NCBI GenBank assembly: GCA_030141605.1
Contig: JAQGDQ010000396.1
Coordinates: forward strand, 124,001-188,000
DNA from: Tubiluchus corallicola
Taxonomy: Eukaryota > Animalia > Priapulida
DNA length: 64,000 nucleotides
Direction of reading: 5' to 3'
The notes beneath the pieces were generated by a model. The model was given only the letters and a program-made list of their open reading frames with translations. It did not search any database and had not been told where the DNA came from. Every line of letters begins with the position of its first letter. Position 1 is the first letter of the stretch. A program made the position numbers and the translations under genes. Of the stretch, positions 52,571 through 64,000 are shown piece after piece.

Positions 52571-53160
52571 CAGTTTTAGTAAAAAATATTTTAGTAAAAA
52601 TTTGTGTTTTTAATCCGTGTTTTATCATATAAACAATTTTTTGTTTTATTAAGGCAACTGTAACTGTTACAGTCATGAACAACTGAATAAGACATGCTGT
52701 TAGTTATTACATATCTATGTGAATTATGAATTATAAATTTTTTCCACAGCAAATATATGTTTACAAACTATGAAGATTATTGGTTGCTCCAAAAAAAAAA
52801 CAAACAAACAAATCTTCTATTGATTAAACCTGTTAACTGTTATTTTTATAAATTTCTACTTGTAAATGCATTAGCTGCATGAGCTAGCTGGATTCACTTA
52901 AAAAAACCTCTCAGTTTCTATGTGAAATGAACTTTCTTGGTTCATGGGTTATCGTGAATGAGTTGATCTTTTTCTGATAATTTTCCGATTCTGTGACAGC
53001 ATTTGCGTGCATCATTTTCCTTGCAGCTTCTGATTAAAATGGATCTTAAAAGAAAGGGCTTGTCTGTGTTAATGAGCATAGCTAACTTTTTTTTAGAAAA
53101 CAAAACTACAGCTGCTATATTTGCTGCTACTAATACAACTGTATCCTTTTCCAGAGCTAC

Positions 53161-56100
53161 ATGTCGGTGTTCAGGAAAATGAGAATATACCGGCGATGTC
53201 TGATGAAATGGGTCATTGTCATTGCCATGGTGTTGCTCGCCATTCCATTTATTCTACATCTACAGGATTTAGCACGAGGCAAGCAGGTTGCAAAGCGGGG
53301 TGGTGATTTCAGGAAACCAGATGCTGAGAAGGTGAGCATTACTTAAATATCAGATATGCATAAAAGCCCTAAATTAAGGAGTCACTCCTACTGGTGAAGG
53401 CATTAGAAGAAATAATTTTTGTAGTTTGTATCATGTAGCACAGTACTAAACTATACTTGGTATTTAATTTGTAGGTCAATAACTTTAAGTAGCACTTCAA
53501 ATTTTGTGTTGGAATGCATTCAGAATTATTTAACTTTGAAACCAAACTTGACCAAAAGGATGAAAATATGAAAAAGTTTTGACTGAACTTGAATTAGAAT
53601 CAGGGCCTTTGGGCGTCACATCAAATGCAAATTTTTTGACTGTGAAGGTTTTCATATTGTGATACTGTAACATTATTATCGGCATGCCATTACATTACAA
53701 CCCGTCAAACCTAATGAAAAGAGTATAATTTTTTTATTAATTAAATTATGAAATTATGCTTTCATAAATGTGTAATGCACTATTAGTAACTAATCAAGCT
53801 ATACATATAGTATGGCTGTCTGTTTTACAAGTAGAAGTGTTCCTACCATTACAGTGCACACCTGGTATATATCCTAAACATTGTTTCTTTGTTCGGCAGA
53901 CCGTATGGTGGTATCAGTCTGACATTTGATTTGCTCACCTTAGTGAATGTATTAATTTGAGACATATACTGGCTTTTGGATAAACATAATCATTACCTTG
54001 CAATTATGACTTCCTGTGTTATATATTTTTTGTTGAACATCTGAAAGTATTATTAAATGTGTAGTATAACAAATTTTTAGAAGCTGTTAGCTAGTGGCTT
54101 GGGTCTAAAATGTTTACAGCAGCGGTAATTTACAAGTAAAGCTCTGTTAGATATTTTGATTTGTGTGCCCCTATAGACACATCCTGCCAAAAACTGCAAA
54201 TTTCATATGCATAAACAATGTATACATAGCTTAATTATTAGGAGAGCATATTTGAAAGTCAATTCAAGACAAAGGAATAAAAAAGAATCTATTGTTCTGT
54301 AATTGTTTTTGAGAACTTTTAGCAGTTCATTAGTGAGTAGTGAGTTAGACGGTTTAGTGAATATGCAGGTTGCACACAGTATTGATTATTTAATCCTAGT
54401 GTTAGCAGTTACTTTCAGTACTATTAATTGGAACTTAAGTGTGCTGTGCCAGCAAGACACTGGTGAACCACTGCTAACCTCAGCAAGATCTGAATCGGAA
54501 GACACCAATGTCGGAGCAGAAGAAATGTCGGAGCAGATAGATAATGAGAGCATCACATATATTTCAGGTGCCACCAAAACTGTTGACAGCCTGTTGGAAA
54601 AATCAGTGTTTGCGGAACTAGTGTCTGATATTGTCGTTGAAGTAAGCCAGGAATTATCAAAATGTCCCGTGTTTTACATGTCGTCCATCTATCATATGTA
54701 CGAAGCCAGATTGCGCGAACTTGGTGTGCTGGTTCCTGTACATCCAACTCGATTGAAAGATCGAATTCTAATGGCTGTGCCTAATATGCGGGCTCTGTTT
54801 CATGGTGATAAAGTACTGCTTGCAGTCAACAGTGATATCGGTACTGTGAGGCCAATCATGAAGCTAAGACGGGTATGGAACTTTCCCCACATTACATCTT
54901 GGAAACAGAAATAGACAAACTTTATGTCTATGGTTTATGCTTAAAAAGACTAATGCTTCCATGAAGCTGGTTCTATAATTTTTATAATATCAATGTTGGA
55001 ACTGTACGAGACAAAACAAATCCAAGCAGCTTCTTTAGAAGCAGAGTTACAAGCACCTGCACGTTTTCTGGGGAACTGACTGTGATGCCGATTGTTTCAA
55101 GATGATAGCAATTGCGAAGACAAGCAACATTCTGAAGCAATGAAACCAAGCTGTATAAATTGATACATCATTTTATTTCAGTGCAGTAAAGCTGGAGCAA
55201 CTTAATATCCAACTAGTTTATCTTGAATGGAAATTATGTTACACTGTACCTTAAGTCTTGCTTTTCCCTGGGAACAAATTTTATTACTCATTTGATTGTT
55301 TATTTTTTAGATTGTACATATGCGAAAAGAGGCTGAATTGACACCTGGTGTGCTGGGAAATTTTGAGCCACCTCCGGAAGCTCATCCAGATGGCCCAGGA
55401 GAAGGAGGAACGTCTGTGAAGACTGATCTGAAATCTTCCGAAGTAAGTCTGTAGGTTATCTCCCAGGAATGCAGATAATGATTATCTATAAGAAATAAAC
55501 TTCTTATTGAAATGAGAAGCTTTTGAAGAAGTTGATGTCATTTTAGCAAAATGTTGTTGCATTAATTTAACTGATTGTCTTTAACTGCAAGGTTTGTAGT
55601 GCTATTGTTATAAATACTAGTCTTCACAGTAGTCATTTGATTTTGTATAGGTGCAACATGCTATACGTTTGTATGGATTTAATATGGTAGCCAGTGATAA
55701 AATTTCCTTAAATAGGACTGTAAAGGACACAAGAATGGAGGAGTATGATGTTTTTTACACTTATCTAATTAAATGCATCTGTTTTAGATTAAAAAAATAA
55801 TAAAAAAGTATAGAATTTGTTATTAGTATTTACTTGAAATTCATGTTCTGGAGAAGATACTGATTCTGATAAAAATGTTGCTGATTTTTTTATCAAAAAA
55901 ATTTTTCAGATAGTCAAGCATTGTAGTACCACCAGAACATTCTTAGAACTTGTTAATAAAAATAATATTAACTTCTTGTAATTGGTGGTTTCTACAGTTA
56001 CGCGCTCGAGTTAGAAAATCATTTTTATAAATTGCCTTTTTTTGAAACAAAAGTCTTATAACCTCGAACTTTTTAACAATTATTTTTGAAACATTATATA

Positions 56101-59100
56101 TTATAAATTTTGTGTAATTATGTTTATCTATGGTGTTTATCTAGCATTTTATTTCAACTGCCTCTGTTTTTGTTTATGTAGATGTAAATATTGGCAGTAT
56201 CCAACTGATCTGCCCACTGCATCGGTAGTTGTTGTCTTCCACAATGAAGGCTGGTCGACGCTATTGAGAACTGTTCATAGCGTTATCGCTCGGTCTCCTG
56301 CTAGACTGTTGACTGAGGTTTTACTTGTTGATGATTTCAGTGATAGAGGTAGGCAGATATTCGCTATTCAAAACTGTAACTCTTAGTTTAAAATAAAAGA
56401 ATAGATAAAACAGACCTTATTTTGTTTTATTCTCAGCTTTTTACGCAGTTGCCACTGCAAGCTGGGACTGAGACTCAAAGACCTTGCCTTGCCACCAGTG
56501 ATGCATAGTTGTAGTAGATGGATCTAGTTTAGGGATATCATGAAGCTCCGGTAAAACTGGAGCTTCGAAACCGAATCCGAATTGGAGCTTTGATCTGATT
56601 CTATGCACTGAAGTTCTAAACTACTTCAGATCTGACCCGATTTGGCAGAGACTTTTGAAAAAAATCCGGTTCAGCTTTAGCTTTATTATAAAATTTATTA
56701 TACGCTTTATTTATTTATCTTTAAATTGTTCCGCAACATCCTGGAATTGCTCCGACGTCGCCACATTTGGTTTCAGCACATGTCCAACTCATGAAATCTT
56801 ATGCGAAAGCACGTATCTCATTGCAATTTTAACTGCTAGTTTCAACAAAAATGCCAAGATTTCTCAGGTTACTTTGACAGAGCGTGGTTTTGCTAATAAC
56901 ACATGATGTAGCTTAGACGAATGCGGTTTTTTGTCATCCACATTACACGGGCTCATGGAGTGTAGGTAAAGGCACCCCTGGGAATTTTTTGACTAATAAG
57001 TCATTTTATATTGTATTAGAAGAAATCTGTTACCAGATAATTAGATCATCTATAGTCTTTTATTATTGGAGAATTACTGTCAAACGTGCTGCTCAGATAG
57101 GTCATCTATAATCTTCATGAAAAACACTGCTGTCTTACCAATCTGCCATAATTTGGTAGGAAACTGAGTAGATTCGAAAAAGATTTGGTTGAAAGAACTG
57201 TCTGAAAAATTGAGATTCGAATTCGATTCGGTTTCGAAAATTATTCTAAACTGAGATTCTGATTCGATCCAGATTGGAAGATTATTTTAAACTGAGATTC
57301 GGATTCCATCTGGATTCCAAAATTATTGTGAAAATGAGATTTGGTTTAGATTCGGATTTGGTAATTTCAGATTTGTGACATCCCTAGTCTAGTTCATTAT
57401 GACAGGTGGTTCCATAAAGGTAGACATTGGTAGCTGTGTCTTTGTTATTATGCAAGTATAGCCTTCCCCATTGAGTTAAATAGCTGGAAACACTATACTA
57501 CCTAAAACCACACAGAGCTATTTTCTTACAATTTCCAATCTATTTAGTAACCAGACTCGGCAGCACTGTTAAAATATTGTACCCAAGCAGACGCCGTGAC
57601 AACAGAGCTTTTCTTATTCTTCTGTTACTCTAAACATCAGTTATAGGCAGTGAGCATTTGGCCTTTATTAGAGCACTTCACTATTTCCTGTCAGCAGCCA
57701 AAGTGTTCAACACCTGTGATGCTATTGTCAAATCTGGTCTCAGCCGTTGCAGATTTTTACAAATTTTTGATATGCCACAGGAATCTCGAATGTTTCTGCA
57801 AGGAGCAATTGTATCTGGGTACAATCATTTCATACCCCTCTTTGACATCCACGGACATCTTGCTTTACTTAAAATAACTTTATTGTTTGTTAAAAATTTA
57901 AAATCGAGCAAAACTTTAGTTGACAGGTGGGGGATGTGACTAGTTATTCATTTTAAATCAGAATAGTACATCATTATGGTTTGCTTGCTAGAAGATTCTT
58001 GTCTAGTTACGGAGTAATGGTTTTTTTCTAACAGTACAGTTTTCAGTTTGACTCCTTAGAGGTATATAAAAAATATATGTTCATTTTGAAGGAATGTAGT
58101 GAACTTATATTTAATATATAATATATAATAATAATATTTGCGCAATAATAATAATAATATATATAATAATAATATTATTAATACTTGCCCTGCATTGCCT
58201 ATTTAACATGTAATTATTTACAGCCCATTTGAAAGATGACTTGGAAAAGTATGTTGCCACTGTGAAAAAGGTTCGCTTGATACGGAATCGCAAGCGCGAA
58301 GGATTGATACGATCTCGTACCATCGGAGCGGAAAATGCATACGGAGATGTTGTAGTATTTCTGGATGCTCATTGTGAACCAAATAAAAACTGGCTTCCAC
58401 CTTTACTAGCCAGAATTCACTACGACAGGCATGATTTTTCTGTCTGTTCTACTTTAGGTGTAACCGCATCATTGCGAGTGTCATAAAGAAACCGATTTCT
58501 TGGACTGAAGTTACTAATGTTCTAGTCAGTTTCTTAGGAGTTTACAACTGAAAGTACATGCCATACATAATGTTAACACAGTGAAAAGAAAATGTTTTTC
58601 AAAAGATTCTTTTAAAAATTATTATCAGGAACTTATATGAAAAGGAAGCTAGCATGAAAGCATTGCACATAGGCAGATGCTCTCATTTCCAAAGGTTAAT
58701 TAAACTAGAAACTGTTTTCAGCATGACCATTGCTCATCTAATTGGTGACTTTCTGGTTTTGTTATATATATTATATATGGCACAATCATTTAACATGTTT
58801 ATAACTAAAGCTAAAATAAGTGACTGCATAGTTTTTGAGTTATGGGCTTAGTTTGCTTATTATTTGCAGTCTAAGTCATTTACTTACATATGTATTAATA
58901 AGAAAAGTCGTGTAGACCAACCGTTTATCTAGATATATTACTCTTAATAGGAAGATCATCGCTGTGCCAATTGTTGATGGCATAGACATGGACGATTTTC
59001 ACTACAGGCCCACTTATGCAGCTGGGTCTCATTTTATTGGCATATTCGAATGGGGATTCTTGTACAAAGAGATGAAGTTGCCCGAAGCAGAGAGGAATAA

Positions 59101-62100
59101 GCGGAAACATGACAGCGAGCCTTACAAGTATGGCATTGTTTTGTATGCCCATTGGATGACTGCAGAATTGTTTTGAAATGTTGAGTTTTTACGATTATGC
59201 TATAAAAGTGTACAAAGATATTATACTTAAGAAAGTGAAAGGTTGTATTTTATTTATTTGTAGGTCACCAACACACGCAGGTGGGCTGCTAGCTATTGAT
59301 AGGAAATATTTTCTTGAAGTGGGTGGTTACGACCCTGGCATGTTAGTTTGGGGCGGTGAGAACTTTGAGCTGTCTTTCAAGGTAAGCTAATCATAATTAG
59401 CCATTGCTTAATGCTTTTGCTCAAAGAAATATGTCATAAACTTGTATTGTAAACCATGTGTTCTAATGTTCTTCGGAACTACATGAATAATAAACTACTA
59501 CTAAGAAATTATGTGTTGTTCACTATCTATTTTTTACAGCTGAAAGCAAAACTCTTAAACAGTAATAGTTTCACCATTTAGCACGCTGCAAACTAAGATG
59601 CAGTATTTAATGTGGATGACTGTTAAGAGGACCGAATTATCAAGGCTTATCTGTAAGATGAGGCACTGAACTATTTGAGGTGTCCAAATTATGTTCGAAT
59701 GTGGATTCATCCTTTTTCAATGGGAGTGATGGCCATGACGTGCATGGCTATTGAAACCATTCAGAATAAGTGTTAAACAGTCGCCCATTCATTTACGAAC
59801 CAGGCTTGGCATTGCTTAATGACATTTGTTGAGCACATGTCATTGCTACTCAGCTATTACCTTCCACAATCATTGTTGATTAAAGCATCTTGCACTGCAT
59901 CTCTGATTTCTAACATTTATAATTTTTTCAGGTATGGATGTGTGGAGGTAGCGTGGAATGGGTACCGTGTTCTAGGGTGGGACACGTTTATCGACATTTC
60001 ATGCCATATGGATTTGGTGAGTTTGCCAGCAAAGGACCAATAATTGATCTGGTAAGAGCAGACTTTAGTACAGTAGTCGCCTCTTAATAGACTCACGGTT
60101 AATAGACTCAAAAATGCCTGAAACGCCTTCTATTCAAATATACATAAAAACTATCGGTAATTGATTCAAGTAACTTCACTTAATTGACTCAATATTTTTC
60201 CTTCACGTACTTAAAATAAGACATGTGCCCAAACAGCCTCTCCTACTTTTATGTCATCTTTACTTCCCCTTTGTGCATTATATATGTAGAAACAATCATG
60301 TTAAGTACCATTTTGTTTGTAAACAAACACGTTTATCATGCGCTAATACGCTAGCATAGCGGTTTTGCTTTCAATCTGTTACCTGCTCGCCCGCTGCAAT
60401 TAACCTCGTTACTCAAAGAATTTCTGGAAGCTAAACATGTAATCACTTGCCTAGTGGTTTGCTTTTGATGTTCTAGTTGCAAATCACATTGTCAGGCTTA
60501 ATGAGTTAATAGTCAAAGATGCAAGTACAGTAATCAGCCAGTATTCCTTGTGACTTACAAGAGTAAACATCATACAGCAAATAAGGGCATAGAGTTAAGA
60601 AGTTTGAAAAATGGAGCATAAGTGTAAGGATCTAACAGTTAAGGAGAAACTGAAAATTTTAGAGCAGCACGATAAACTTCCAAGGGTGTGCAGCAGTGCA
60701 GTTGAAAATTTCCCAAAGTACTCTCGGCAGAATATTGAAAAAACGTTCTGAAATTGAGCTGTCAGCAAGCCAAAATGAGAATCTGACATCTAAGAGACGA
60801 CCCACAGGAAAAGACTGTGAAGTGGAGTGAGCATTATAATGTGGTTTACAAATACAAGAGAAAAAGATGCTCGAGTGAATGCTTTTAATGCGACAGAAAG
60901 CGGAAGATTTGGCAAAGAAAATGCTCAAACACACGCCAAGCGCTAAATGTTTTACGAGAATACACTCATCACACAGCAACAGATTTTCAACATTTTTATG
61001 ATTACGAGAACTTTAGAGCGAACTTCTTCACGAGAAAATTAAGCAGCTAACTTTGAAGGAATTTTTGTAATTTTTGCAAATAAACAGACTTGTGTGATTT
61101 AGAAAAGTTAATTTACTTATATAAATTAATATTTTTAAATAATTTTTTCTAATTTTTTAACTGCACAAAGGAATTTAGGCATTACTACATTTCTAAAATC
61201 GATTAAAAGCCTTTGTAGTGCATAGTAAGCTGATGACTCATACTTCTATAGCAGTAATACTACACCCATTGGTTAATTGGTTCAGTCGGTTAATTGGGTC
61301 AAAATACGTCTGTCCCAAAGTGAGTCTATTAAGCTGTGACTTCTCTAGTTTGGTTATTATATATTTTCATTAAATATCTTCTGTTATGTGCAAAGGCAAA
61401 TATAACATAATTTTTCAGTCACAGTTAGGGTGGCTTTATGTGTTTCATGTGGTGACATAAGGACAAGTTCACACGAACGTGTTTCAAATAATGACATATG
61501 ACTGTTTATGTGACTTAGTTTGCATGATTTATATGCTGTTACCTAACTTGACAATGATATTTTAATGTTTCCACTGTTATCAAATCTACATGGCTGCCTT
61601 TGCCACAAGGTGTGTAGGTGCCACAACAGCTAGATGGCTAGACATCCTCATTACCATCTCAAAGTTTTCCACTGCATGCATAATGCTCTTACATTGCAGT
61701 TAAGTATAATTATTCTATTTCAATTGCAACTTGTAGTTAGCTCTTTTTTATGATTTTTTCGTTTTCATTTTCAGAACTATAAACGTGTGGTAGAAACCTG
61801 GATGGAAGGCGAGTACAAAGACGCTTTCTACGCACGTCTGCCTTACGTTAATCAGCTGGATGCTGGTGATATCAACGAGCAGCTCAAGTTTAAGAAAGAA
61901 CACAACTGCAAAAGTTTCAAGTGGTTTATGGAAAACGTTGCATGGATGCTGTTGGAAAGATTTCCTTTGCAGCCAAAGAATCGTTTTTGGGGCTCGGTAT
62001 GTAAAAATCTGTAACTTATTTTACATTCTAAAAGGTGTTACAATGAACAAAAAAATTTTGATGGACTTGAAAGACATCAAAGTGAATGGTGTTATTAGAT

Positions 62101-63738
62101 ATTTTGAAAAGTTTTGTTAGAATTTTATTAATGTAGCACTTGTTGAACAAATGTATTCTCAGAAGGTAGAAAGCAAATAACTATTTTTAATATTGTTAAT
62201 TATTGTGACACGATAGATTTTGCAGAACTTAAGGAAAGTCTTGCTGCAAATGTTACAGATTCGACCTGTCCATTTGCAATGAAAAGAAACGTAATCATAA
62301 ATTGCAATTGCTAGTGGTTCACTGGTATAACTAAAGACAATGATAGCTGTGATAATATGCATACAACCCATCTCGGTTTTCAAACCATATTGGTGACAGG
62401 TTTCATTTCTGGTATAAAGTTAGCTTTAGTATAATGCTATTTTTTTAAAAACTGCGGCACAGTGAACATCAGAATCCAGCACTAAACAACAGGACTTTTT
62501 CAATATTGATGTTTTTTGACTAAACAAAATTTTGCTCTTTATTAAAGCGATGCTTCTTCGGTGAGAAGTTGAATCTGTAGAGGTGTCTCACCCATGATTG
62601 ATTGGAATACATCCTCCTTAAAAGAGGTAGAGAGACAGAGTCAGTGTTACAAAAGAATCTCCCAGACTGAGTATTGAACCCAGTTGATTACCAATCACTG
62701 AGCAGCCTCGTCGTTGCTTAACTTTGTCTGAGAACCATATACCATGACCGTTCTGTTATCACGCATGCCTAAAACTTGCTTCATTGTGTAAAAACTATTA
62801 CTTTAGTAAATGACTGAACATGATTTTTATCATTAATGCCATTCAGTTAAATATTACGTTTACATATTTATAAATATTCTATTTGCAGATTGAAAGTGTT
62901 GGTGTGCAGGGACACTGCTTTGACACACAAAGTGCTGCTCTAGGGGGAAACATTGGAATTAGTCGCTGTCATGGCTATGGAGGCAATCAGGTAAAGATTT
63001 GTTTTCTAACACATTTCTTTTCCATTTTTGGTTTGGTACGCAAGCATTATAGTGACTTAAAAGCTTAAGTGAAATTAGAGTGGTTTACATATAATGGAGA
63101 ATAGTTGTCAAAATATGTTAAATTTGTGATATTTATAATTCATGCTGTCTTTGCTGAATGCTAAATAGACAGTTGCTAGGCAAATCAATACTAATTATAG
63201 ATTAATAGATAAGATGTGTATGAATTAGCAGTATAATTTGTGCCACTCATCTGTTTCATGGGCTTCTTGCTGCATCTGTGCATTCTGTGAAATTAAGGCA
63301 TTTCAGAGAATGCGTATGAATTTATGAATAAGCTTGATGAAATGAAACTGGAACCCATGCCTCTTTGCATTATACCTGAGCTAATAAATTAATGTCAAAC
63401 TTTATAAAGGCATTTGTGTAAGAAGAAGTGTGAGAGAATTTGAGAATATAGGTTCGCAGTCAGTGAGTGGATTTTGTCTTTGCGGAGTTGAGTTTCTTAT
63501 TTTTTGGGTTTGCTGTGATTACCCTGGTTAGTTTTTACTTTATCGGGATAACTTAAATGAATATTGGCATTCTGAAGCAATAAGATAAAAACTGAATTCC
63601 ATTTTTTTACAGCGTTACAGGCTTAATGTCGAGGGGCAGTTAACAACCGGTGAACGGTGTATACACGCCCGCAGGTCGGAGCTCAAGTATGAAGTGTGCC
63701 CTGATGGTAAAGTCTCGGATTCTTGGAAATATCTAGAT
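53161..63738 (+). CDS. GALNT7: Polypeptide N-acetylgalactosaminyltransferase 7-like (canonical copy); last exon beyond the window
   Basis: Exons 53161-53331, 55311-55442, 55651-55742, 56182-56348, 58224-58428 (GC donor), 58951-59127, 59264-59381, 59932-60051, 61775-61996, 62889-62990, 63613-63738. Type [61 protein letters not shown], lectin [11 protein letters not shown], as in PGANT7/GALNT7. Confidence 0.94.
54303..54914 (+). mobile_element. Transposon-derived ORF (possibly Academ-like N-terminal fragments) in GALNT intron 1
   Basis: [17 protein letters not shown] and VFAELVSDI...[40 protein letters not shown]...[10 protein letters not shown] resemble conserved blocks of large invertebrate DNA-transposon-associated proteins (recalled, not searched). 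No TIRs found. Confidence 0.45.
56530..57386. mobile_element. Non-autonomous hAT element
   Basis: TIRs TAGGGATATCA / TGACATCCCTA, 8-bp TSD ATCTAGTT vs GTCTAGTT (7/8), arrays of GATTCGG/CCGAATC subterminal motifs. Confidence 0.82.
60071..61345 (+). mobile_element. Internally deleted pogo/Tigger DNA transposon
   Basis: 26-bp TIRs CAGTAGTCGCCTCTTAATAGACTCAC / GTGAGTCTATTAAGCTGTGACTTCTC (21/26), TA on both sides; decayed CENP-B-type HTH from 60611 ([24 protein letters not shown]...[14 protein letters not shown]). Confidence 0.88.
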
Positions 63739-64000
63739 GTAAGTGGGCTTGTCTTAGTTATTTAGTTTTTAAATAAGTTTTTAAATATATAGAACTTCAG
63801 TAAAGCATACGTTTTATGTTCCTATGCAGTTTATATTAGGAGGCTTTACTTAATCTTTCTCGGACATCAACCAGGTTTTAAAGTGGCTTGAAAGACATGC
63901 TTTATGTGCCTCTTTTATGGCCATATGTGTGTATTTTATACAGCCTTTTATAATACCTAAAATCAGTAGGACAAATGAAATTGCCCAGAACTGACATTAA

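Noticed and set aside
57190-57360. Periodic GATTCGG array as an independent repeat locus
   Set aside because: Explained as subterminal repeats of the hAT element 56530-57386.
57650-57939. ORFs in GALNT intron 4
   Set aside because: No recognisable motifs or compatible splice phases; possibly a decayed LINE piece but too weak to call.

Overview
Eukaryotic, AT-rich invertebrate (probably lophotrochozoan-type) genomic DNA with spliceosomal introns. There are no prokaryotic features, CRISPR arrays or rRNA genes. Exons were assembled by hand from splice sites and reading phase. Left to right: (1) a minus-strand secreted pentraxin/LamG-domain gene built from small exons and largely invisible to the ORF track (ATG 8425, traced to 3186, 3' end unresolved); (2) head-to-head with it, a 12-coding-exon plus-strand gene for an ~785-800 aa protein with two CCCH fingers, an RWD-like domain, CxxC clusters and a CHY zinc finger (12699..27734); (3) two antisense class A GPCR paralogs with uninterrupted coding regions, nested in the intron that splits that CHY finger, both with an atypical acidic, proline-less TM6; (4) an uninterrupted 432-aa ORF (30318..31616) with a divergent TIR-like domain apparently lacking the catalytic Glu; (5) a divergently oriented pair of GALNT7/PGANT7-like O-GalNAc transferases with identical intron phases, one canonical (plus, 53161..>63738, with a GC-AG intron) and one altered at conserved catalytic-domain and lectin motifs (minus, 46304..33456). 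Introns carry hAT, pogo/Tigger, Tc1/mariner, Harbinger-like, LINE and SINE remnants and microsatellites. Family assignments come from motif recognition; no database searches were run, so novelty is unverified.
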